Source: an uncultured Ruminococcus sp. (GTDB lineage: Bacteria; Bacillota; Clostridia; Oscillospirales; Ruminococcaceae). Taken from it: a DNA stretch of 33,599 bases. Numbering within the stretch: the first letter of the stretch is position 1; every line of letters begins with the position of its first letter. The stretch spans positions 1 to 33,599 of the forward strand of contig CAMJES010000001.1 in NCBI GenBank assembly GCA_946404705.1, given 5' to 3'. The notes beneath the pieces are model-generated. The model saw nothing but the letters and a program-made list of their open reading frames with translations, searched no databases and was not told the origin of the DNA. Position numbers and translations under genes: made by a program. Shown here one piece after another: positions 1 through 7,608 of this stretch.

Positions 1-1059
1 AATACCGCCGTTTTCGCAACTATAACAGTTATGGCTCAGCGAATCTGTGTAGCTGTAGAAATTGCAGACGAAATTATGCACGGCAAAATATCTTATCACA
101 GCGTCCGTATCGACAGTCGAAGCAGCATCGTCCGAATTCAGAATTTTCAGCGAGTTTATAAGCCGCGTTTTATCGGAGTCGGAAATATCCGTTTTGGCGT
201 TGTCGAAGATGTTTGCATAGCTTTCGAAGCTGTCGTCCGAATAGATGAGCTTTACATCGTCCGAACCCATTCCGCCGCCTTTGCCGAAGCCGCCGTTTTT
301 GTTCATATCAAAGCCGTCGCGTTCTCTGCCGTTTTCGAAGTCTTTGCGGAAGTCGGGAGCATTTTCGGCGTTTTTGTCGGCATTTTGAGCGGCTTCAAAG
401 TCGTCTTGGTCAAAGTTCCTGCCGTTTCCTCTGCCGCCGCCCATTGAAGAACTGTCGGGCTTGTAGAGATTTCCCGTGCTGCCGTAGTTACGTTCAAGAA
501 AGCTATCCTCTATCGCTTCGACCGCAAGGTAAAGTCCCCAGTCCTCGCCGTTGACGGTGATATAAGCAAAGCTGCAAAGCGGCGCGGCAGCTCCGACAGA
601 GTTCATCATCGTGTAGCAAAGGTAGTCTTTCATATAGGTGTTGTCCTGAATGATATTGTTAAGGCTTAGCTTGTCAAGTCCGTGATAGCTCAGGGAATCG
701 GAGTAGTGGTCGAATTCAAGCTTAAAGCTGTAACGGTTATTGCCGTATTGTGTGACCTGACTTAACGATGAGTTTCCCTTTGCGCGGATAGCGATATTTT
801 TGAAGGCTTCTCCGTCAATGACGGCGCTGCACACGGCGTACTCTTCATTTTCGCAGCTTTCGATAAAGCTGTCCCAGCCGTCCATAACGATATCTATTGT
901 ATGAACATACGAAGTATCGAATATCCTCGTTTCATAGCCGATAGCTTTGGACGAAGCTTCTATCCCGACCGTATTCGGGAAATACATCAGCAGCACCGCC
1001 GCAAGGCATAATACCATTACTGCGGCACATATCCTGTTAAAGTATTTGCATGTTGACAT
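1..1059 (-). CDS. CotH kinase family protein (spore coat protein H-like). The C-terminus lies beyond the window start.
   Basis: Absent from the ORF track because the frame stays open to position 1. Hand translation from ATG (1059..1057), 7 nt after GGAGG (rc of 1067-1071), gives 353 codons without a stop. The product starts MSTCKYFNRICAAVMVLCLAAVLLMYF (signal anchor). It continues ..YVHTIDIVMDGWDSF..IRAKGNSSL..YSFKLEFDHY..LSLNNIIQDNTYMKDYL..GLYLAVEAIEDSFLERNYG..NLYKPD, which I recognise as the CotH family core. It sits in the classic position next to DUF4956 and VTC genes. Confidence 0.8.
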   Translation of the reverse strand, partial: MSTCKYFNRICAAVMVLCLAAVLLMYFPNTVGIEASSKAIGYETRIFDTSYVHTIDIVMDGWDSFIESCENEEYAVCSAVIDGEAFKNIAIRAKGNSSLSQVTQYGNNRYSFKLEFDHYSDSLSYHGLDKLSLNNIIQDNTYMKDYLCYTMMNSVGAAAPLCSFAYITVNGEDWGLYLAVEAIEDSFLERNYGSTGNLYKPDSSSMGGGRGNGRNFDQDDFEAAQNADKNAENAPDFRKDFENGRERDGFDMNKNGGFGKGGGMGSDDVKLIYSDDSFESYANIFDNAKTDISDSDKTRLINSLKILNSDDAASTVDTDAVIRYFAVHNFVCNFYSYTDSLSHNCYSCENGGI

Positions 1060-1078
1060 TGGTTTACCTCCGTAAGGC

Positions 1079-1750
1079 TTATCCCATATATTCTCCGTTG
1101 AAGCTTACGAGGACAGCGCTTTGAACGCCGTTCATCTCCGAGAGGATATTGATAAAATCGGTGTTATCGTCTTTAAGGCGAATTTCGTAGTTTATCTCAA
1201 CAGAGCCGTTAACGGCGGTCTTGCTTTTTACGGTGCAGCGAGTTGTCTGCTTTTTGAGGAAATCATGCGCAGCGTTCTCGCTTTCGTGGCTGTCGCACTT
1301 GATAACAGCGATATAGGGGTTGATATGCTGCTTTTTGTTTACGAATATGAGCAGAACTGCTCCGATGATAATGCTGCCGATAACTGCGAGAGGTATCATT
1401 CCTGCGGCAAGCACGATACCTGCTGCGATAGACCAGAAAAGGAACGCGATATCGAGCGGTTCTTTGATTGCCGTGCGGAAACGGACGATAGAGAGTGCGC
1501 CGACCATACCGAGAGAAAGCACAACGTTCGATGTTACAGCGAGAATAACAAGGTTGGTTATCATCGTAAGCGCAATTAGCGTTACGCCGAAGCCCGATGA
1601 ATACATCACGCCCGAATAGGTTTTCTTATAGACGAAGAAAATGAAAAGTCCGAGTCCGAACGCTAAAAGCAGCGAAACAGCCATATCGATAAGGCTTACA
1701 CTTGTTACGTTTTCGAGGAAGCTTGATTTGAAAATATCGTTGAAGGTCAT
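1079..1750 (-). CDS. DUF4956 domain-containing membrane protein
   Basis: ORF 1079..1882 trimmed to Met45 (ATG at 1750). That start has a GGAG SD about 8 nt upstream and lies after the stop of the upstream gene (1780). The protein is 223 aa with about 4 TM helices and a soluble C-terminal domain. The motif GALSIVRFRTAIKEPLD is typical of DUF4956. Confidence 0.7.
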   Translation of the reverse strand: MTFNDIFKSSFLENVTSVSLIDMAVSLLLAFGLGLFIFFVYKKTYSGVMYSSGFGVTLIALTMITNLVILAVTSNVVLSLGMVGALSIVRFRTAIKEPLDIAFLFWSIAAGIVLAAGMIPLAVIGSIIIGAVLLIFVNKKQHINPYIAVIKCDSHESENAAHDFLKKQTTRCTVKSKTAVNGSVEINYEIRLKDDNTDFINILSEMNGVQSAVLVSFNGEYMG

Positions 1751-1779
1751 AGTTTTTTCTCCTTTGATAAAAGTGTTTT

Positions 1780-2448
1780 TCACCCGTATATTCTGCAGGC
1801 TGCGTATTTTGAGAATGATGAGGTTTGTATGCTGCCGAGCTGAACAGCTTGCGCGATGAACGAGGGCAGAAATTCGTTCCATTTGACTTCGAGGATAATA
1901 TCTGCGCTTGCGGGAACGGTGACGCAGCTGTTGTCGAGGAAATCGACAGCATTTAATCCCGTTCGAATGTTGTAGTCGAGCGTTACACGGACGTTTCCTG
2001 CAGGGAACACAAACGCCTCACGGGTATAATCGACTATGGTTTTGGGCTTTAGCCGCTGCGTATCCATTTTCAGCGCAAGCTCGTCCAAAAGCGCGCTGCC
2101 GCTGTCACGGACGAAAGCGCCCCGTGCAAGCGAATCAGCCTGTTCGTATGTAAGAATTGCGCTCTGCTTGCTTGAAAGTCCGCCCGTTTTGCTTTTCTTT
2201 TCAAGTCGGATAAAGGATGTATCGCCGTTGTAAAGCCTTATACGGAACTTTTCTCTGTAATTTACGCCGTTTATCTTTTCGATAAGAGCTTTGTCAAAAA
2301 GATTGTCGAAATAAAGGCTGCGCACTTCGTATTTTCCGCCGCAGGAAAAGCTGTCGGGCTGCATCAAAGCCGAGAGCCTTTGCCGAAGCGCCGCAAGGTC
2401 GGCGGTTTCTATCGACTGTTTATATTCATGACGGAATTTCTGTTCCAT
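1780..2448 (-). CDS. VTC domain-containing protein (polyphosphate polymerase domain / triphosphate-tunnel fold)
   Basis: 222-aa ORF starting MEQKFRHEYK, with ..VRSLYFDN..FRIRLYNGD..LEKKSK..VTLDYNIR..ILEVKW. This alternating beta-strand basic/acidic pattern is typical of bacterial VTC (Vtc4-catalytic-like) domains. SD GGAG is upstream. It is the first gene of the VTC-DUF4956-CotH operon. Confidence 0.75.
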   Translation of the reverse strand: MEQKFRHEYKQSIETADLAALRQRLSALMQPDSFSCGGKYEVRSLYFDNLFDKALIEKINGVNYREKFRIRLYNGDTSFIRLEKKSKTGGLSSKQSAILTYEQADSLARGAFVRDSGSALLDELALKMDTQRLKPKTIVDYTREAFVFPAGNVRVTLDYNIRTGLNAVDFLDNSCVTVPASADIILEVKWNEFLPSFIAQAVQLGSIQTSSFSKYAACRIYG

Positions 2449-2647
2449 GATCTATCTCCTTTCCTTGCCAAAATATATCGGAAGATTAGTATTAGGATTA
2501 ACATAGATTTCAGATTGTGTTTAAGTATATATTCCTAACCTTATACAAACCTTAGAAAAAAGTTAACCGCTAATTATTGCAAAACGGTAACACAATAATT
2601 CGTTTAGGGCGAAATGTTTAAAATTAGATTACAGTTTTTGTATAATG

Positions 2648-2676
2648 TGGAAAATCCCGAAGGAGTATGCTATAAT
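2648..2676 (+). promoter_or_regulatory. Candidate sigma-A promoter with extended -10 for the transporter operon
   Basis: TGGAAA (2648-2653), 17-nt spacer, TGcTATAAT (2668-2676). It lies about 45 nt upstream of the preferred start at 2720. A second, weaker TTTAAA-18-TATAAT lies at 2617-2646. Confidence 0.4.
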
Positions 2677-2719
2677 GTTAAACGGAAAAAGAAGTTCCTG
2701 TCAGGGAGATGAAAACCAG

Positions 2720-3640
2720 ATGAAAAAATTTGGCGCAAAGCCGAATAAAAAGGAAAAAACGGCAAGGGAAAAGCCGCCGAAAACGCCGTGGAGGGATAAG
2801 GCGTTCCCGATGGGCTGCATCGCGCCGAGCTTTATCGGCGTTATGATATTTTTCATTGTGCCGTTTATTGTCATATTATACTATTCTGTGGTGGATAATC
2901 CGATAAATAAGGATTTTGTTTTTTTGGATAATTACATAAGCCTGCTGCACAACAGCGCGTTCAAAAAAGCTGCTTTAAACACGCTTAAATTTTCGCTTAC
3001 GTCCGTACCGCTGGCGGTAATACTCGGACTGGCGCTTGCAATGCTGCTTGACGCAAAGATACCGCTTGTAAGCCAGTTCAGGGCGAGCTTTCTCTGCCCG
3101 ATGATGGTTCCCGTTGCTTCGGTCGTGCTTATATGGCAGGTAATTTTCCATTACAACGGAACGCTCAACGAATTTTTGGCGAAATTCGGCATTGACAAGA
3201 TAGACTGGCTCAAATCCGACAAGGCGATGATCGTTGTCACGCTGCTTTTTCTGTGGAAAAACCTCGGCTATAATATGATACTGTTTCTGTCGGCGTTAGG
3301 CGGCATTTCAAAGGATCAGCTTGAAGTTGCAACGCTCGAAGGCGCAGGCGCATGGTACAAATTCTTCCATATAAAGCTTCGTCATCTTTCGCCGACGATC
3401 CTTTTCGTTGCAATACTTTCGCTTATCAACTCGTTCAAGGTATTCCGCGAGGTTTACCTGCTCACGGGCGATTATCCCTACGATTCGATATATATGCTGC
3501 AGCATTTTATGAACAACACCTTCCGCTCGCTTGATTATCAAAAGCTTTCGGCTGCTGCGATACTGATGTCAATTGTAATAATCGTTATTCTGGCGCTGTT
3601 GTTCGTTGCCGAAAACAAGTTCGGGGAGGATACGGAATGA
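2720..3640 (+). CDS. Carbohydrate ABC transporter permease (MalF/UgpA-type, BPD_transp_1)
   Basis: ORF 2645..3640 trimmed to ATG 2720 (MKKFGAKPNKK), with GGGAG 11 nt upstream. Six TM segments. EAA loop: LEVATLEGAGAWYKFFHIKLRHLSP. Confidence 0.85.
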   Translation: MKKFGAKPNKKEKTAREKPPKTPWRDKAFPMGCIAPSFIGVMIFFIVPFIVILYYSVVDNPINKDFVFLDNYISLLHNSAFKKAALNTLKFSLTSVPLAVILGLALAMLLDAKIPLVSQFRASFLCPMMVPVASVVLIWQVIFHYNGTLNEFLAKFGIDKIDWLKSDKAMIVVTLLFLWKNLGYNMILFLSALGGISKDQLEVATLEGAGAWYKFFHIKLRHLSPTILFVAILSLINSFKVFREVYLLTGDYPYDSIYMLQHFMNNTFRSLDYQKLSAAAILMSIVIIVILALLFVAENKFGEDTE

Positions 3641-4569
3641 CAGCTCAGAACACACAGAAAAAAGTCACACCCAAAAGGAAATTCAGCCGCCGTCAGAACA
3701 AGATAGTTCTTGCGGTGATGACGGTTTTTGCGGCTGTGGCTGCGGTCATATTCCTTCTTCCGACCGTGCTTACGATAGCGAACTCGTTTATGTCAAGCTC
3801 GGAGATATCCGCAAACTACGGCGCAGTTTTCTCAACGACAGAATCGGGCGGAAAAACCTTTATTTCCGAAAAGGTGAACCTGAAATTCATACCCGATATG
3901 GTTTCCTTTTCGCAGTATTACACGGTGCTTTTCAAAAGCCCCGATTATCTGCTCAAATTTTGGAACTCGGTGATACTCGTTGTGCCGATAGTTATATTCC
4001 AGCTTGCGGTCGCAGCGTTCGCTTCCTACGGCTTTGCAAGGCTGAAGGGCAGGCTAAAGGAGATACTTTTCTTCGTTTATGTTATCGTAATGATGATGCC
4101 GTATCAGGTAACGCTTGTTCCGAACTACCTTGTTTCGGATGCGCTCGGCATTTTAAACACGCGCTGGGCGATAATTCTTCCTGCGGTGTTCACGCCTTAC
4201 TCGGTGTTCATTTTAACCAAGGTAATGCGAAGGATACCGGTATCGCTTATCGAAGCGGCAAAGCTTGACGGCGCGAGTGAGCTGCAGATATTCCGCTATA
4301 TCGCGCTTCCGCTTTGCAAGAGCGTTATCTATTCGGTAATAATTCTTGTTTTTATCGACTACTGGAATATGGTCGAGCAGCCGCTTATACTTCTCTCGGA
4401 CGAGAACTTATATCCGCTCTCGGTTTTCCTTTCAAGGATAAATTCGGGCGAGATAGGACTTGCATTTGCTGTTGCGACAATATATATGATACCTACGCTG
4501 CTGATGTTCCTTTACGGCGAAGATTATCTTGTCGAGGGAATTGCATATTCGGGCGGCATAAAGGGATAA
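3637..4569 (+). CDS. Carbohydrate ABC transporter permease (MalG/UgpE-type)
   Basis: 310-aa ORF. Its ATG overlaps the upstream stop (ATGA) and GGAGGA lies upstream. EAA loop: IEAAKLDGASELQIFRYIALPL. Multiple TM segments. Confidence 0.85.
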   Translation: MTAQNTQKKVTPKRKFSRRQNKIVLAVMTVFAAVAAVIFLLPTVLTIANSFMSSSEISANYGAVFSTTESGGKTFISEKVNLKFIPDMVSFSQYYTVLFKSPDYLLKFWNSVILVVPIVIFQLAVAAFASYGFARLKGRLKEILFFVYVIVMMMPYQVTLVPNYLVSDALGILNTRWAIILPAVFTPYSVFILTKVMRRIPVSLIEAAKLDGASELQIFRYIALPLCKSVIYSVIILVFIDYWNMVEQPLILLSDENLYPLSVFLSRINSGEIGLAFAVATIYMIPTLLMFLYGEDYLVEGIAYSGGIKG

Positions 4570-4582
4570 GGGAGGCTTAAAA

Positions 4583-6478
4583 ATGGAAAATAAACGGCGT
4601 GAATGGGTAAAAACGGCGGCGATAATTTTTCTTACGGTCATGCTTCTGCTGACGTTTTTCTCCAACACGATAATGAATTATTCTCTGCCGGAGGTTTCCG
4701 CCAAGTATGTTCAGAGCGGCAGCCTTTCCGAGCAGATAAGAGGAACTGTCACCGTTGAATCTGCACAGCAGTATGAGGTGAAGTTCAGCGGCTCTTCAAG
4801 AGTTGTAAGCTCCGTTGAAGTCAAGCAGGGCGACACGGTCGAAAAGGGACAGGTCTTGCTGAGGTTTGAAGAGGGTGAAAGTCCCGACCTTGAAGCTGCG
4901 GAAGTTGCGCTTGAACAGAAGCAGAACGAATACCGCAAGTCGCTTATGGATTTAGGCGCAGATTATTCCTCGGCAGAGCTTGACATAAAAGAGCTTGAAG
5001 AGGATATCGAACGGCTTAAAGCCGACCTCGGCGGCAGCGGTGATTACCGCAAGAAATCCGATGAACTGAAAAAGCTGAACGAAGAGGTCGAAACGCTGAC
5101 AAAGCAGGGAAAAGAGCTTGAAAGCAAGATAACGCGCATTGACGAGCAGCTGACTGCGCTCGGTGCGGACGATTATGAATCGCTTGACACGGTTTACAGC
5201 AGCAAGCTTTCGCCGCTTTATGACTCTGTTGTTAAATATAAGGCGAAAAAAGAGAAATATGATAAAGAGATTGAGCAGATAACAAAAGAGTTTGACAAAG
5301 AGATCACAAATGAAGATATTTTGAATAAGCAGAATGAGATATCTAAGCTTGAAGCCCAGCTTGCAGCGCTGAACGATAGATATATTGAAGCTTTGGTAAA
5401 TGACGGTGATGTTGTCGGAGTAAATCAAAGCATAAGCGAGGCGCAAGCCGACCTTAGCCGTGCAAAGTCCGAACTTTCCGAACTTTACAGCAAGCAGGCT
5501 ACAAGCGGTGTTGCAAGTCGAAAGCTCAAGGTCGCAACAATGAACCAGACAACGTTCACAAACAGTCTTACCAAGGCTGAAAACGAGCTTAATCAAAAAA
5601 AGATAGAGGTCAGCAAGAAGCTTAACGCTTCAAAGAAGACCTTAAAGGCGCAGGCTGAGAAAAACACCTCCGAGCTTGACGATGCAAAATCAAAGCAGGA
5701 AAAATCGGACGCCGATCTGAAGCTTATCGAACAGATAGAGGAAAACGAGCGCTCTCTCGAACGCAAAAAGCTTGAACTTAAGCAGACGCAGGAAAAGGAT
5801 CTTGTCGAAGCAGGCAAGAACAGCGTTGATATCGAAGCAATGCAGAACGAGATCAGGCGCCTTGAAGAAAAGGTGAACGATATAAAGAAGGACGCTGCGG
5901 GCGGCGATATCACAGCGCAGGTCGCAGGCGTTATCAGCTCGATAAAGGTCGTTGCAGGCGAAACGCTTGAATCGGGTGCGGATATAGCTTCGATAGAAAT
6001 GGTCGAAAAGGGCTATACCGCAAGCTTCTCGGTAACAATGGATCAGGCGAAAAAGGTCAAGGTCGGCGACCTTGCAGAGATACAGTATTTCTGGGGCGGT
6101 GACGCGCAGGCAAAGCTTGCTCAGATAAAGTCGGATTCCTCAAACGCACAGAACAAGCTGCTCGTATTCGATGTCACGGGAGATGTTACCCCCGGTCAGT
6201 CGCTGCAGCTCGTACTCGGCGCAAAGGGTCAGCCTTATGACTGCATTATCCCGAACAATGCGATAAAAGAGGATTCAAACGGAAAGTTCGTCCTCACGGT
6301 CGTTGCAAAGAGCAGCCCTCTCGGCAACCGCTACATCGCAAAGCGCGCGGACATTACCGTTCTCGCTTCGGACGGTGTGAACACGGCGGTAACGGGCGTT
6401 CTGCAAAGCGATTACATTATCTCCACATCGACAAAGCCGATAAACGCAGGCGATCAGGTTCGCCTTGTTGAGGGCTGA
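4583..6478 (+). CDS. HlyD-family membrane-fusion / periplasmic adaptor protein with an unusually long coiled coil
   Basis: 631 aa with an N-terminal TM helix (AAIIFLTVMLLLTFF). Split lipoyl-like halves: VSSVEVKQGDTVEKGQVLLRF (about aa 75-95) and ITAQVAGVISSIKVVAGETLESGADIASIE (about aa 442-470). They are separated by about 340 aa of E/K/L-rich heptad-like sequence. A C-terminal beta-barrel-like region follows. SD GGGAGG is upstream. Confidence 0.75.
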   Translation: MENKRREWVKTAAIIFLTVMLLLTFFSNTIMNYSLPEVSAKYVQSGSLSEQIRGTVTVESAQQYEVKFSGSSRVVSSVEVKQGDTVEKGQVLLRFEEGESPDLEAAEVALEQKQNEYRKSLMDLGADYSSAELDIKELEEDIERLKADLGGSGDYRKKSDELKKLNEEVETLTKQGKELESKITRIDEQLTALGADDYESLDTVYSSKLSPLYDSVVKYKAKKEKYDKEIEQITKEFDKEITNEDILNKQNEISKLEAQLAALNDRYIEALVNDGDVVGVNQSISEAQADLSRAKSELSELYSKQATSGVASRKLKVATMNQTTFTNSLTKAENELNQKKIEVSKKLNASKKTLKAQAEKNTSELDDAKSKQEKSDADLKLIEQIEENERSLERKKLELKQTQEKDLVEAGKNSVDIEAMQNEIRRLEEKVNDIKKDAAGGDITAQVAGVISSIKVVAGETLESGADIASIEMVEKGYTASFSVTMDQAKKVKVGDLAEIQYFWGGDAQAKLAQIKSDSSNAQNKLLVFDVTGDVTPGQSLQLVLGAKGQPYDCIIPNNAIKEDSNGKFVLTVVAKSSPLGNRYIAKRADITVLASDGVNTAVTGVLQSDYIISTSTKPINAGDQVRLVEG

Positions 6479-6581
6479 TAAAAGCTGTTGCTTTCGGTGA
6501 AAGGAGGGAGCAGGAACGAATCCTACAAAAAAGTTATTTTATATTATCCTCGGCGCTTTAAATGCGGTTTGTATCGCGGCT

Positions 6582-7604
6582 TTGATCTGTTTGTACATTG
6601 CCTTCGGCGGTATTGCAGGGCGGCTTGCTTCGCAGAACGCTGTAAGCGGCTGGCAGAGTGAAGGCGGCGGCAGGTTCGCTCAGCTCTCGGTCTTTATCAA
6701 CAACGGTTCGGGCATAGACTTCAACGAAGTGCGCCGAATGAGAGCCGATATAGATAAAAAGCTGACCGAAAACTCGCTTGCGGCGGAAAAAGAGGGCGCA
6801 AGGATATATTTCGATGGTTTTTCCTGTTCGGCGTTTAAGCTGAACGTTACAACGATGAGTGAAAGCTACGCGCCGAATGTCGAGGCGAACACCATCGTCA
6901 CGGGCGGAGATTTTTTCCGTTTTCATCCGCTTGAACTGCTCTCGGGCTGCTATTATTCGGATGACGATCTTATGCAGGACAGAGTTGTTATAGATGAAAC
7001 GCTTGCTTGGCAGCTTTTCGGTTCGAGCAATGTTTCGGGAATGGCTGTCAGCATCGGCGGAAAGATCTTTAACGTTGCAGGAGTTGTAAAGTCCGAGCAA
7101 GACAAAGCCTCGCAGTATGTTCTCGATTCGAAGCCGTATATGTATATTTCCTACGGCGGCATAAAGCTTATTCAGGAAGCGCCCGAGATAACCTGCTATG
7201 AAGCGGTGCTTCCGAATCCGGTAAAGGGACTTGCGAAAACGATGCTTACCGGTGTGCTGAGCGTTCCCGAAGAGGAATATACTTTAGTCGAAAACACCGA
7301 ACGGTATTCTATACCGAAAATATTCAAGGCGGCGTTTGACGGCGGCAAAAGAGCGGTCGTTGACAGAGCGGTCGTATATCCCTACTGGGAGAATGCGGCG
7401 AGGATCACAGAGGAGAATGCGGCTGACGTTCTTACAGCTATGACGGTGCTGCTCTGTGTTCCGATAATTACAGTTTTGTATTTTGCCGTTCTGCTTTTTA
7501 TAAAGCGCAAGGCAATCTTACATAAATTCTCGGAGAATATTCGGGAGAAAGCGAATTCAGGAATATCACATTTCAAACGAAAAACTATGAAAGGCGGAAA
7601 TTGA
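6582..7604 (+). CDS. Membrane protein with a MacB-like periplasmic core domain (TM-PCD-TM) and no FtsX helix bundle
   Basis: ORF track start is TTG 6582. The frame is open back to 6501 and encodes the first half of the N-terminal TM helix (KKLFYIILGALNAVCIAALICLYIAFGG), so the true start is probably upstream (see finding). The motif RVVIDETLAWQLFGSSNVSGMAVSIGGKIFNVAGVV resembles MacB_PCD. There is a single C-terminal TM helix (VLTAMTVLLCVPIITVLYFAVLLFI). Confidence 0.6.
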   Translation: MICLYIAFGGIAGRLASQNAVSGWQSEGGGRFAQLSVFINNGSGIDFNEVRRMRADIDKKLTENSLAAEKEGARIYFDGFSCSAFKLNVTTMSESYAPNVEANTIVTGGDFFRFHPLELLSGCYYSDDDLMQDRVVIDETLAWQLFGSSNVSGMAVSIGGKIFNVAGVVKSEQDKASQYVLDSKPYMYISYGGIKLIQEAPEITCYEAVLPNPVKGLAKTMLTGVLSVPEEEYTLVENTERYSIPKIFKAAFDGGKRAVVDRAVVYPYWENAARITEENAADVLTAMTVLLCVPIITVLYFAVLLFIKRKAILHKFSENIREKANSGISHFKRKTMKGGN

Positions 7605-7608
7605 CACT

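Noticed and set aside
31-497. ORFs 31..447 (+) and 303..497 (-) at the window start
   Set aside because: The + ORF is antisense to the much longer open CotH frame (1..1059, -). The - ORF lies out of frame within it. Their products are low-complexity Ala/Val-rich or Thr/Lys-rich sequence with no SD. They are shadow ORFs.
2645-2719. N-terminal extensions offered by the ORF track: 2645, 1882, 16404, 23051, 26640, 27777, 29075
   Set aside because: The extensions overlap upstream genes or promoter sequence and lack SDs. Internal starts with properly spaced SDs give N-termini typical of the families.
3606-4268. 220-aa + strand ORF overlapping the second permease gene out of frame
   Set aside because: It lies in an alternative frame of a gene with a clear EAA-loop permease product. 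Its product is Arg/Cys/Gly-rich with no TM helices or motifs.
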